Both the position numbers and the translations under genes were made by a program. From the NCBI GenBank assembly GCA_033286805.1, contig GCA_033286805.1_4727.1: DNA of 64,000 nt. The stretch is one strand, 5' to 3'. Origin of the DNA: a phage. The notes below the pieces were generated by a model. The model had not been told where the DNA came from and made no database searches. It was given only the letters and a program-made list of their open reading frames with translations. Positions 28,567 through 38,476 of this stretch are shown piece after piece (positions within the stretch are counted from its first letter, which is position 1; each line of letters begins with the position of its first letter).

Positions 28567-29868
28567 TTAACTAATATAAAGTTCAGGATCGTAAGGCGCT
28601 AACGATACACTGGCGTTATGCATTGCTTTCATCATAGTGTTCATGAAAACGTTGTTTACACCGGTGATCTCTGCCCCGATCGCGTCTGGGGTTGGAGCCA
28701 TCGCGTTACCGCAACAGGTAGCACAGTATTCCAATGGGCCTGCTTTACAACGTTGAGGATCACGTAACTTGATGGTTTGTCCTTCCAAGGAAGCAAGTAA
28801 TTCAGCATCAATAAGTTTAAGCGCCGCGCCGTCGATCATGTAACGACCGACAAGCAGCTTATCTTTGACATGATCGCGGTTTACCGTGAACAGAATATGT
28901 TCGTGGGTACCACAGTCGTCCATCGTGATTTTAAGGTTCTGTGTCGCACGCTGTGATTCTTTCGCCGTCTGTCCCGCTAAAGCGGTCAGTGCGCCACGTG
29001 AGAACGAACCTGCACGTGCACTGTTGTTGTACTCCGCCCAATGGTCGACACGCATCCCTTCAGCCAGGCTGTGTGTGATAACGTTACGTTTACCAGGGTC
29101 AACGAAGTCGGCTTCAACCCCCATCATGATGTGCGTTTTCTTTCGAGTATTACCGAAACTCTTGCCAGGGTTAATATAAAACCCTTCCGATTCATCACCC
29201 TTAAAGGATTCCTTATCCATTTTGGTTAGCGTGGCTTCGAGTTTGATCAGTTCTTCAGGTGTGAACTTACCTTCCTCTTGTAAGCGTGCTAACTCTTTAT
29301 CACGATAGGCAATAATATCATCATCGACCGTTAACGCTTTATCGCTCATCGATGGGACAATTAAACGGTTGATAGCGGTTAACGCACTGATATTGTTGGT
29401 GAATTTCTTCACTTCGCTTGCGTACAGCGGGCCAATAGGACGTTCGTTAGGATCGGGTATCCCCTCTTCGGGATCGTCCGCTACGCGTGGCGCAATCAGT
29501 GATTCCAGTGTACCGCTGGTCAACCGCCCTGCCTGATATTCAATCTGAATACCAAAAGCATCATAAAGGACGTACATATTGAACAACGCTTCACCGAAGG
29601 TTGTGGTGGTCGTATTCTTAACCGACGGTAGATCACCAGGTGCAAGCTCCAATGGCTCCCAGAAACTCAACAGGGGTTTTGTTGGCTCGGTTTCCCATTG
29701 GTGTTCTTCACCGTCGATGGTAACCGTAACGACGTTACCTTGACGACGTAATTTAGGCTGATACTTCTCAGCGCCGCCTTCCGTAAAAGCAAATGCGTCG
29801 TTAATCCATTCAAGATAACGGTAGTGCCCTTCACGCATCGCGTAAAGGAAATATTCACGAGGTGTCAT
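28567..29868 (-). CDS. putative multisubunit RNA polymerase beta-prime fragment
   Basis: By-eye match to the E. coli beta-prime region: bridge-helix-like SRGALTALAGQTAKE, then DCGT, then CKAGPLEYCATCCG (cf. C..CAHCYG zinc motif), then AIG...TMMKAMH (cf. GEAIGV...TMRTFH). No NADFDGD motif. AAGGAG SD. Confidence 0.45.
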   Translation of the reverse strand: MTPREYFLYAMREGHYRYLEWINDAFAFTEGGAEKYQPKLRRQGNVVTVTIDGEEHQWETEPTKPLLSFWEPLELAPGDLPSVKNTTTTTFGEALFNMYVLYDAFGIQIEYQAGRLTSGTLESLIAPRVADDPEEGIPDPNERPIGPLYASEVKKFTNNISALTAINRLIVPSMSDKALTVDDDIIAYRDKELARLQEEGKFTPEELIKLEATLTKMDKESFKGDESEGFYINPGKSFGNTRKKTHIMMGVEADFVDPGKRNVITHSLAEGMRVDHWAEYNNSARAGSFSRGALTALAGQTAKESQRATQNLKITMDDCGTHEHILFTVNRDHVKDKLLVGRYMIDGAALKLIDAELLASLEGQTIKLRDPQRCKAGPLEYCATCCGNAMAPTPDAIGAEITGVNNVFMNTMMKAMHNASVSLAPYDPELYIS

Positions 29869-29881
29869 GTAACAACTCCTT

Positions 29882-30754
29882 TTAAACCCGGGTCAGGTCA
29901 CCGTGACATGAAACGAACTCTGATAGCGCTCGGGTTGCTTCTTTGGATTCTTCAGCCATCGGGAAGTTTGCGGTAATAAGTTCTCGTAAGACAGGGACGA
30001 GTTCATTATCTTCGAGATCGGAAGCTAAGGCGAATGCAATCAGTTCTTGGGTGTATGCATACGGTTGCTGACGTAATGCAGTAAGCTGATCCCGACACTG
30101 CGACATTAGCAGGTCCAGTGGAACCGCTATCGTACCCCCTTCATCAATATACTGGCTGAACACCGGTGGGAACGCATCGCTGATGACACGAATACGTCGA
30201 CGAATATGATCCGGAATCTGGACGTTTTCTTCGTCAGCGACGTTTTCGCTATCTTTCTCCAGCTTCTTGGTCAGTACCTGTTGGATGCGTGGGAGCAAGC
30301 TTGAATGCACGAAACCGATTAATGGGGTTACGTTAACAGCATCAACGCCGTAAATATGACGCACGCATTCCGCCAGCGCTTCAGCTGTGGTGTAGTCTTC
30401 ATCTTCAACGATAGCGAGTAGAAAAGCGGTATCGTCGTGTGTTTCCAGGTCTAATAACGTAGACGCTAGTGCATGAAGATATTTCAGGCTATCCAGAGTT
30501 AGCTGTCCTTCGTTAATTCGGATCCCGAAGGCAAGCAATTGTTGTTTATAAAGTTCGATACATCCGTTTGTTAAAATGATATCTAATTCGTTTAAATCGT
30601 ATTGTTCCCCAGCACCTGATAACATCGTACTGCAGAACGTTTCCAGTTGTTCACATTTAAAATCTTGGTATAAACGATGCATGCAGTGCTGTAACAGCGT
30701 ACGCCTTGTTTCAGGGATCTTACCTTCTAACAAAGCCAAGACGGAATCAATCAT
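29882..30754 (-). CDS. hypothetical protein
   Basis: ORF-track start is GTG 30760; ATG at 30754 with GGAGTGG SD. Confidence 0.6.
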   Translation of the reverse strand: MIDSVLALLEGKIPETRRTLLQHCMHRLYQDFKCEQLETFCSTMLSGAGEQYDLNELDIILTNGCIELYKQQLLAFGIRINEGQLTLDSLKYLHALASTLLDLETHDDTAFLLAIVEDEDYTTAEALAECVRHIYGVDAVNVTPLIGFVHSSLLPRIQQVLTKKLEKDSENVADEENVQIPDHIRRRIRVISDAFPPVFSQYIDEGGTIAVPLDLLMSQCRDQLTALRQQPYAYTQELIAFALASDLEDNELVPVLRELITANFPMAEESKEATRALSEFVSCHGDLTRV

Positions 30755-30850
30755 ATCCACTCCGATGCGGTAAATGTCTACTAGCTCTCATAATCTATTG
30801 AAGAAACTACCAGCTTACGCCAACTTAGATTAATCAGGAGTAACCATCCC

Positions 30851-31324
30851 ATGCCAGTTTCATCCAAACCAAGAAAAAAATCCGTAGGAAACCCTAAAGC
30901 TCAGGAAACAACAGCGATTCGTTGGGACGAGTTACGTGAACCTATCGAAAACTGCGAATTGTTGTTGGGCACCCTGGGTGCGGCTATTTACCAAGCGACG
31001 CAACCCTGTCGTTTACGATTAACCCAAAACAAACGTGATGAGTTCGTTGCGTTATCAACAAGCACGAATAAAGATCTGACCGAACTTCAAACCGAGTTGA
31101 CGACGATCAAGAACTCCATTACGCCGATGTACGGTAAAGAAGTTGATGAACAAAGTATTCTGTTACAGTACAACTACGGGATGTCGTTAATGAACATCCT
31201 GGAACGCGCATCCGATATTCTGCGTCCTGACGTTGCACGCCTAAGCCAACTGCGTGTCGAAGGGATGGAGAACCAGATCCGATTCGCTAACAGTGTTAAA
31301 TCTCAAGGAGCCACCGAAGCATGA
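30851..31324 (+). CDS. hypothetical protein
   Basis: 157-aa ORF, AGGAG SD; stop overlaps the next start (ATGA). Confidence 0.6.
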   Translation: MPVSSKPRKKSVGNPKAQETTAIRWDELREPIENCELLLGTLGAAIYQATQPCRLRLTQNKRDEFVALSTSTNKDLTELQTELTTIKNSITPMYGKEVDEQSILLQYNYGMSLMNILERASDILRPDVARLSQLRVEGMENQIRFANSVKSQGATEA

Positions 31325-33006
31325 GCGAACAAGAAAAAGAAGTCGTGACGAATCAGGAAGCCGTCGAGCGTTCAGAGTCGTCCGTTGAAACCACGATTCC
31401 GGCAAGTTCCGAGCCTGTTGGTTCCACACAGCAGGAAAGTAAAGACGAAGTCAGCACGACTAAAGAAGATGTAGCGGCTCCAGAAGCAACCCGTGAAGAA
31501 GAACCATCACATCCACCGCTGGTTGATTTCTCGAAAGCAACGATACGTTTCCAATGCGAAGACATTCGTCCTAAGAGCCCGAAGAAAACAAAACGCCAGC
31601 CGCTGGTGTTACCGCTGTATTCTCCGCGTGTACAAACAGCGTATTACAAGGAATACATCAACGAAGCAATGGATACCGTACAAGCCATTGTCGCTCAACG
31701 CGGTAAACCTTCGGACGAGCAATTTGATAAATTCAGTAAAGCGGTAGTGCAATCGGTTGCTGATGGGCAATACCAACCGCGTGGCCCAGCTCACGATCGC
31801 GCCTTGGAACGTAAGGGCAGTCAGTGGACTAACGTACCCGTAGACTCATCGGGTGTTGGTCGCGTTATTCCTGGCATTCCACAACCGAATCATATTCCTG
31901 ATGATGTCGAAGCGCCGCTGACAGGAACCGATGCGATCTATTTTGCAATCCGCAATACGAAATCGGGCGCACCTGCGGTAATGCCGTTATGGCATAGCGG
32001 TATTAAGCTGCAGTTCAATCCACCGTCAAATGAACGTGTCGCAATTATGCATGAACGTATTGCACGCGATAAAATCCTGGGTGGACGTGATAGTACCGGT
32101 TTCCTGTTTTCGGCAACCTCGATTATCACCATGAAGCACGCAATCGAATTAGCATTAGAATGCTGCTACATGGCCAACGTACCGAACCTGGATATCCAGC
32201 GTTTGAAAGACATTATTCCGGTTACCGATGTTCCAGCACTGTTGTTGAACGTGCTGGTAACCATGTATCCGTACGGATATCCTTACGTACAGACCTGCTA
32301 TCAGAATCCAGAAACCTGCGACTATCGTGTTGAAGATACCGTAAGCTTTGCGAAGCTCTATCAAGTTGACAACAGTGCGATTACCAAACGTATGCGACAG
32401 ATCATGACCGAAGGTCCGGTCATGACCGATGAACTTTTGCGTGAGTATGCAAACGAACTGGGTGAAACAAACTCCCGTACGCTGGATCTGTCCGACAACG
32501 GTTCTGTTATCATTGAACTTGAAGTACCGAAGATCTCACGACAAATCGCCATGGGCGAGCGCTGGTTAAGCGATACCCTGGAAGATCTGCGTGATATTCT
32601 ATCGCGTCCGTCAATGACCGAAGAAGAGCGCGATCGTGTTATTCGTGAACGTCAGTTCTATAGCTGGATGCGTCAGTATGATGCATGGATCAAATCGATG
32701 CATGTGTCAGTAAACGGCACCATGCGTCGTGTAAGCGATGCGGATACAGCAACGGTATTAGCGCAGCTGTCTCGTGATAGTGATCTTCGTGAACGCTATA
32801 TCGATGGGTTGATGCAATTCATCGGTGATTCGACGATTGCGCTCGCAGCAATGCCTGCCTGGAAATGTCCGAAATGTAATGCCGATATTGCTGACAATCT
32901 GCGTGACCAGAAATACTACGATCTGATTGCTTTGGATGTACCCCAGCTTTTTTTTACCCTAAACTCCGTCCAATCTCTTCAGGAGGGGATGGACGCGGTA
33001 TTCTAA
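31321..33006 (+). CDS. hypothetical protein with acidic Ser/Thr/Glu-rich N-terminus (561 aa)
   Basis: AAGGAG SD; a T8 run at 32948-32955 lies near the 3' end. Confidence 0.65.
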   Translation: MSEQEKEVVTNQEAVERSESSVETTIPASSEPVGSTQQESKDEVSTTKEDVAAPEATREEEPSHPPLVDFSKATIRFQCEDIRPKSPKKTKRQPLVLPLYSPRVQTAYYKEYINEAMDTVQAIVAQRGKPSDEQFDKFSKAVVQSVADGQYQPRGPAHDRALERKGSQWTNVPVDSSGVGRVIPGIPQPNHIPDDVEAPLTGTDAIYFAIRNTKSGAPAVMPLWHSGIKLQFNPPSNERVAIMHERIARDKILGGRDSTGFLFSATSIITMKHAIELALECCYMANVPNLDIQRLKDIIPVTDVPALLLNVLVTMYPYGYPYVQTCYQNPETCDYRVEDTVSFAKLYQVDNSAITKRMRQIMTEGPVMTDELLREYANELGETNSRTLDLSDNGSVIIELEVPKISRQIAMGERWLSDTLEDLRDILSRPSMTEEERDRVIRERQFYSWMRQYDAWIKSMHVSVNGTMRRVSDADTATVLAQLSRDSDLRERYIDGLMQFIGDSTIALAAMPAWKCPKCNADIADNLRDQKYYDLIALDVPQLFFTLNSVQSLQEGMDAVF

Positions 33007-33068
33007 TCGATCCGCGATACGGGTTACATGACGGACAACTTGTTCGTAATGATGGAAAAATCTGGGAA

Positions 33069-33428
33069 TTGCTGTTAGCGCGTAAAGGCGATGGTGGCAT
33101 GAAATTGAACATCGAAATGGGTATTGCGTACGATACCATGTTTGGTTTGTACGATCGGGTTAACGACTGGACGCCGTTGAAATGGGTGGCTCAGCACCCC
33201 GCTGAAGATCCCTGGGACAGATTAGGGATTAAACCCTTAATCGAGGATTATGTCCGATTCGGTATTAAAGAGTTCATGACGCTGGATGCGTTTTTAAAAG
33301 CACCGTATCCTTACGCGCAAACGGTACTCAAAATCGCACAAGACGAACTGCGGAAACGTAGTGCGGTACTGGACGACGATGAGGACAAGTTACGACGAGA
33401 AGAAGAACGTTTACGAAACGGAAAATAA
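33069..33428 (+). CDS. hypothetical protein; possibly the C-terminal continuation of 31321-33006 after a -1 shift
   Basis: This frame is open from 32907 with no ATG/GTG/TTG until TTG 33069 and ATG 33099; translation upstream of 33069 looks protein-like. Confidence 0.45.
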   Translation: MLLARKGDGGMKLNIEMGIAYDTMFGLYDRVNDWTPLKWVAQHPAEDPWDRLGIKPLIEDYVRFGIKEFMTLDAFLKAPYPYAQTVLKIAQDELRKRSAVLDDDEDKLRREEERLRNGK

Positions 33429-33429
33429 A

Positions 33430-33939
33430 ATGGCAAGATTTACCAGTTTGATTGGATTGGACATTTGGGAAACACCGGCTGACGTTCGGGTTATTCCTGT
33501 CAACACCGTCGGTGTGATGGGACGTGGTCTTGCCAAGCAGGCAGCCGATCGTGTGCCCGGTCTTCTTGAAGCGTACCGTAAGCAATGTCAAGATGGGTTT
33601 AAGGTGGGCGAAGTCGTGTCATATCAGCATGGCGAGAACGATCAGCTCACTTACGTGTTGTTTCCATCAAAATCGGATTGGCGTGAAAGAACACGACGCG
33701 AGTATATCGTTAACGGTTTACTGGCGTTAAAAGCATGGTTATTGGAGCTTCAGTTCGAAAGAGATGGCTTCTCATACCACCGTCCGGCTGAACCGTTGAT
33801 TGTCGCAATTCCTCCGGTTGGTTCTGGTTGCGGTAATATCGGTTACGGACAATCCGAAACAATCCAGCCTCAGTGGGTACGCGCACAAATCAAACAGTAT
33901 CTTGCCACCGTGCCGAACGTTCATTTCTACTTGTTCTAA
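33430..33939 (+). CDS. macrodomain protein, DarG/TARG1-like (putative ADP-ribosyl hydrolase)
   Basis: IPVNTVGVMGRGLAKQ (cf. VNTVNxVGVMGKGIA), FPSKSDWRER with candidate catalytic Lys, AIPPVGSGCGNIGYG. ATG 2 nt after the upstream stop; start moved from ORF-track 33361. Confidence 0.6.
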   Translation: MARFTSLIGLDIWETPADVRVIPVNTVGVMGRGLAKQAADRVPGLLEAYRKQCQDGFKVGEVVSYQHGENDQLTYVLFPSKSDWRERTRREYIVNGLLALKAWLLELQFERDGFSYHRPAEPLIVAIPPVGSGCGNIGYGQSETIQPQWVRAQIKQYLATVPNVHFYLF

Positions 33940-33955
33940 CGCAACGGTAACATAA

Positions 33956-33987
33956 CCCTCTCCCAACCCAGCAGGGAAGGGAGAGGG
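33956..33987. terminator. hairpin element CCCTCTCCC-AACCCAGCAGGGAA-GGGAGAGGG (bidirectional)
   Basis: Perfect stem between convergent genes (33939 and 34005); flanks CATAA and CTTATG. Confidence 0.7.
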
Positions 33988-34004
33988 CTTATGCTGTTAT
34001 GCTA

Positions 34005-34379
34005 TTAATGTTCGTTCCAGATGGCATCTTCCGGTGGAACAATAGGATCTTTCTTCGGCATTGATGGCACTTCATGACGATGTTTACGGAACTGCCTATC
34101 AATAACCTCACGAAGCCGGTACGCGTCAACCCATGTTGATTTATTGAACAGCTCCAATGTCACAGTTAATCGTGTTCTTGACATTGAATAGCTTTTCTTT
34201 GCAATCAAATTGGGATAATTCAGTTGAGCGAACCACGCACGTATTTGTGCTTCGGTAAAAGCGATGCTGTAATAACTAAGTTTACCGTCATTAAAATCGT
34301 GCGCGTGGGTGTAGCGTCCAGCGTAACGCCAGACAAGATGCACATTCAGATCGATCCATGGTGGGGTGGTATCAGCCAT
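34005..34379 (-). CDS. hypothetical protein
   Basis: 124-aa ORF, GAGGG SD. Confidence 0.55.
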   Translation of the reverse strand: MADTTPPWIDLNVHLVWRYAGRYTHAHDFNDGKLSYYSIAFTEAQIRAWFAQLNYPNLIAKKSYSMSRTRLTVTLELFNKSTWVDAYRLREVIDRQFRKHRHEVPSMPKKDPIVPPEDAIWNEH

Positions 34380-34388
34380 GTGTTACCC

Positions 34389-34958
34389 TCAACGATTCTT
34401 CATCACTTTACCCAGGCTTTCGATATTATCCCAAAAGCGATTTTTACTTGGCGCATCGCCAACGATAACCGACATCAAATCGCGACGTTCGCGACTGATG
34501 ATGCCCTGTGATTTCCAGATCACCATCGTCCAGCAAGCTGCCAGAACGAACAGATGGTTAATGCTCGGTTTGGTTTGCGCGATGAACGCAAGCCATGCCC
34601 AGATACCGGTGTATACTATCGTCACTAAAAAGAGCGAGATTGTTGCAACGACAACAACGAAGTTTTGGACAGCGGGTTGATTAGCGTTATCATGAATAGC
34701 GGTAAGATCAGGAAGGTTACCTTCAACTGAACTCGTTTCATCGATTTCCAATTCTTCGATTTCTTTTCGTGTGTCGGGAGCTAATCCGGCATCATCAAGA
34801 TGCTTTTTTAACCGCTGTATACTTAATCGTTGACCGACAGGAATGTTGATGTTGTCGTAACTATTAAGCGCATCAACCAGGGAGCGTCCATCAACGAGAA
34901 CCAAGCTCGCGGTACCCATCGTTTGCGGTTTTATTTTGTAAAGGTCTTTTACTTTCAT
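34389..34958 (-). CDS. hypothetical membrane protein (C-terminal TM helices)
   Basis: Hydrophobic VVVVATISLFLVTIVYTGIWAWLAFI; GGAGGTGG SD. Confidence 0.6.
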   Translation of the reverse strand: MKVKDLYKIKPQTMGTASLVLVDGRSLVDALNSYDNINIPVGQRLSIQRLKKHLDDAGLAPDTRKEIEELEIDETSSVEGNLPDLTAIHDNANQPAVQNFVVVVATISLFLVTIVYTGIWAWLAFIAQTKPSINHLFVLAACWTMVIWKSQGIISRERRDLMSVIVGDAPSKNRFWDNIESLGKVMKNR

Positions 34959-34979
34959 GTAGACACCACCTCCAACGTG

Positions 34980-37592
34980 TTAAGCGTCCGGCGTAAAATC
35001 AAAAGGAATGTCCGTACGAATGATATCGTAACGTTTTCCTAGGAAATAAAACTCTTCGGGAACCTGACCAGGAATAATGCTATCGCCGATGAACTGCGGA
35101 TACGCCCAGATGTACTGAGTGAGTCCTTCGAACATATCCAGGTTATTTGCATGGTTACCCATGATACGTTTCCAGAGTTCGCGTTTATACGGTGTTTTAA
35201 CATCGAATCCATAAAGCGGTGCAAGATCTTCACCAGGAACAAATCCCAGGTAATAATGGATCTGACTAACCGGGAAACCAAGCGTATCTCGCGGAATGGT
35301 GATCGCTTGCTCTGCCTTGGTGACATGCGTCTCAATAATCCAGTCGTAGCACTCCGAATAGAACCGGTCGAATTTCTCTGGGTTATACCACGCTTTGGGA
35401 AGATTGAGTTTCTCCGTGAACGCGTTCGACATGATCGTCGGCAAGAACGGAAGAACACCGGTTTTGATCTGCGTGTATTTCGATTTTACCCGATTAACCA
35501 AATTCCAGCAACTGTATCCTAACTGTTCGTTACAAAACTCAACGTAGAGATCGTAGTCACCACCGGATAATGGGTTGTTAATATCACCGATGTCTGCGGC
35601 ATATTTGTTGGGATATCGGTTATTGAAAGCCAGTTTGGTTTGGTAATCGTAGATACACGGTTTGTTGTTCGCTGTATTGATCCACCACCAGGGTTCACCT
35701 ACTTGCACACAAATGTCCTGGACATGGGGGTAGATGATATCAGCAAACGCGGTTAACACATCCCCTAACCACGCCATCGCCTGTTGGTTACATGGAGACA
35801 GCAACCAGGACGGTGGTGTGTATCCGGTTGCTGCGATGTTTCCTTCCCAATCCTGCTGCGCCCACTCGAACGGGCAGGCTGTACTCATCAATTCGTAACT
35901 TAAACTGATGGTGACAGAGAAATGGTGTTTTGCGGCGTATGCAGCGAAAGCTTCATGCCATGCGATACAGGGTGGATTTAATACATCCGTGGTGTTCACC
36001 AGTAACTTACCTGCACTTGGCGTCCAGACAGTATCGTAGAAATGCGACATTCCAACATAGTGCACTAATTCATCCTGATATCCAGCATAAACCAGGTTTT
36101 CAAATACACGCTCTGGCGTGATGTTGTAATGGTCATCATAAGCGGTTATCGCACGAAGTTCGTGTGGCGTACAATGATGGCGATTAACCGTCATTTCCTG
36201 ATACACCCCATCGATAGGAAGAATCTCGAGGGTTAAACCAAGATCGATCGGTGTTTCCAGATAGGTCGTTTCTGTAGCACCTTCTTTATAATGTCGAGAA
36301 CTCATGCTGAACATCAACGACGTTACCGATTCGAGTTCGATAGGCTCGTCAGCATAGAACCCCGCCATTGCGTCATTGAAATCGATCGTTACGATTGCGC
36401 TTCTACCGTCTTCAGAGACATCGGTGGCGTATCGGGTTAATGAGATATACTGACGGCTATCGTCTTTGTGTACGACGGTTAAAACCGGCGGGTTTTCGGT
36501 ATCTGCAAAGTTACGCTGATCGCCAGTAAACGTGATCTTCGCTTTAAAGATCAAACCGAATAACGACGTCATGGGATCATACGCAATACAACCGTGATCC
36601 AGCGTATCCGTTGTCCGCCATTCTATCCCGACCAACCCGTTAGCGGTATGGCATCGCATATACGCATTAAGGACCATGTCTTCACTGACAACCGCGAAGT
36701 TCTCTGTTGACTGACCGTTGATAATCCAATACATCGGTTGCCAGAGGTTACGCGTACCTTTTGCGTAGCGGTAGGTTGGCGCGCCTTTAGGGTTGCCGTT
36801 ATTAAGATGGAATACAGCAGTACCTTGATAATGGTCGTTCGTATTAATCGGAACACTGTAAGCATCACCGAGATCCGTACGTTCCACCTTCTTGACTGTT
36901 GCGTTTTCAAATAACCCACGCAGCGCGGGTAAACCGATATCATCAGGCGCGTTTTCTCGACGAATCGCATCCGCGATGCGGTGGGCTAGGGCGGGGTAAA
37001 TGGTCTCACCCTGTTGTAGGTTTGCAAGACCTACAAAGCGATCGGGAGCGATGCCAGCAATCAATAACTCAACATCACCCTTCGTTCTATCGTCATTAAG
37101 ATATTTCAGTCCGGTAAGGTCAAGATGCTGAATAAGCGACAACAGGTTGTATTTACGGTTTTCAACAGTTAGTACAAGATCGCCTGCCCAAACCAAACTT
37201 CCCTCATCCGCTGTTACTTTAACGGATTGTCGGCCTGTGGTAGACGTTGTTGTCGTTTTATTTAATTGTCCTTGTAGGAAGTCGGTTGCGAGGTCAAAGG
37301 CAATACCGTAACGGTCAGCGACCGCTTGCATGATTTCACGTAACTGGGTATCTTCTTCAATGATAATCTTGACAGGTATTCCCAAGAACGCTTTAGCGAG
37401 GTCTCGTTTAACCAACGAGACGAATACGGATTTGTAGTATCGGCTTCCATCTTTCCCTTTAAAAAGAATGGAGGTTGTTTCGGGTGCCGATAGAACACGT
37501 GCAAATACAACATCGTCGGAAGTAAGAGAAAGTCCGTTTTTCTCGTTGACCAATCTTAGTATTTCATTTTGCGCGGTTTCATGTAACTTCAT
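34980..37592 (-). CDS. putative tail fibre/tailspike-like protein (870 aa) with shared N-terminal domain
   Basis: N-terminal ~110 aa (RDLAKAFLGIPVKI) paralogous to the 43326-43853 and 47669-48499 products. Confidence 0.55.
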   Translation of the reverse strand: MKLHETAQNEILRLVNEKNGLSLTSDDVVFARVLSAPETTSILFKGKDGSRYYKSVFVSLVKRDLAKAFLGIPVKIIIEEDTQLREIMQAVADRYGIAFDLATDFLQGQLNKTTTTSTTGRQSVKVTADEGSLVWAGDLVLTVENRKYNLLSLIQHLDLTGLKYLNDDRTKGDVELLIAGIAPDRFVGLANLQQGETIYPALAHRIADAIRRENAPDDIGLPALRGLFENATVKKVERTDLGDAYSVPINTNDHYQGTAVFHLNNGNPKGAPTYRYAKGTRNLWQPMYWIINGQSTENFAVVSEDMVLNAYMRCHTANGLVGIEWRTTDTLDHGCIAYDPMTSLFGLIFKAKITFTGDQRNFADTENPPVLTVVHKDDSRQYISLTRYATDVSEDGRSAIVTIDFNDAMAGFYADEPIELESVTSLMFSMSSRHYKEGATETTYLETPIDLGLTLEILPIDGVYQEMTVNRHHCTPHELRAITAYDDHYNITPERVFENLVYAGYQDELVHYVGMSHFYDTVWTPSAGKLLVNTTDVLNPPCIAWHEAFAAYAAKHHFSVTISLSYELMSTACPFEWAQQDWEGNIAATGYTPPSWLLSPCNQQAMAWLGDVLTAFADIIYPHVQDICVQVGEPWWWINTANNKPCIYDYQTKLAFNNRYPNKYAADIGDINNPLSGGDYDLYVEFCNEQLGYSCWNLVNRVKSKYTQIKTGVLPFLPTIMSNAFTEKLNLPKAWYNPEKFDRFYSECYDWIIETHVTKAEQAITIPRDTLGFPVSQIHYYLGFVPGEDLAPLYGFDVKTPYKRELWKRIMGNHANNLDMFEGLTQYIWAYPQFIGDSIIPGQVPEEFYFLGKRYDIIRTDIPFDFTPDA

Positions 37593-37614
37593 TAAAAACC
37601 TCAGCCCTTTAGAA

Positions 37615-38256
37615 TTAAATGTACTGCTTACCGCCCACGAAGGAAGTTAACCAGTTCCCGCTGACGAGTTGTGATACCCAGCCTGGAACGGCTCTACCAT
37701 TCTGGCTCATGATGTTACCACACCAACCAGGGAATCCGGGACGGATGTAATAGAAAGTTAAATTGTAGAGATGGCAATTCCATACCGCAACGTTATGTTT
37801 ACCAGAAACCGCTTTAAAGACAAACGCGACAGGTAACGGAGACGATAACAATTCGGTCACAGGGACGGCTGACCAGTTCGCATTCGCGTTCCATGGCTGC
37901 CAGGTATGGCTACGCGAGTCACCGTTAACGTTACCGTTGCTACCGCGTCCGCCCGCGTTCCACCATAGCGACGGACTCATGTTCTTAAGTGAGGTAAATT
38001 GCTGTGGTGGAATATTCGGAATGATAACAGGGTTGGTACCTTGTCCGTGTTTCTTTTCTTTTGCGTTCACATACCCGCTTATCGATTCCAGGTATTTGGT
38101 ACCAGGATAATTGTTCTGGACTTGTGTCGCAATATCACGAACGTCGAACGTCCAGCAGATCATGGTGTTGTAGTAAGCGTCGGTGTTATCGTGCCATGAG
38201 TTACCATCTTGTAAACGTGCGCCGCTATTCGGTGTTTTATCTGTGCTTATAGCCAT
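37615..38256 (-). CDS. hypothetical protein, possibly tail-fibre associated
   Basis: 213-aa ORF with Trp/Gly/Asn-rich segments, next to the fibre module. Confidence 0.5.
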   Translation of the reverse strand: MAISTDKTPNSGARLQDGNSWHDNTDAYYNTMICWTFDVRDIATQVQNNYPGTKYLESISGYVNAKEKKHGQGTNPVIIPNIPPQQFTSLKNMSPSLWWNAGGRGSNGNVNGDSRSHTWQPWNANANWSAVPVTELLSSPLPVAFVFKAVSGKHNVAVWNCHLYNLTFYYIRPGFPGWCGNIMSQNGRAVPGWVSQLVSGNWLTSFVGGKQYI

Positions 38257-38438
38257 GGTGTTGTCCTATACGTTGGTGGTTGAGGTGGCGGATATCGGAT
38301 GCGTGTTGTCGTCAGGTAATACATACAGAAACGCCCACTGATAAAACAGTAGCTTCTTTTAAATGGAATTTAGATATCGCGTATTTCTACCTCGTTTCTA
38401 TTCTCAAAAAGGAAATTTCATACGATGACGCCATAGCA

Positions 38439-38468
38439 GCTCCTCCTTCCCTGACGGGTTGGAGGAGC
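38439..38468. terminator. hairpin element in inverted orientation (GCTCCTCC-TTCCCTGACGGGTT-GGAGGAGC)
   Basis: Same stem and loop as the 12831 element, reverse-complemented; 9 nt past the lipoprotein gene stop. Confidence 0.65.
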
Positions 38469-38476
38469 ATACTTAA

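Noticed and set aside
31321-33006. ADP-ribosyltransferase upstream of the macrodomain gene
   Set aside because: Only loose SATS and ELE tripeptides with wrong spacing; too weak to call without a profile search.
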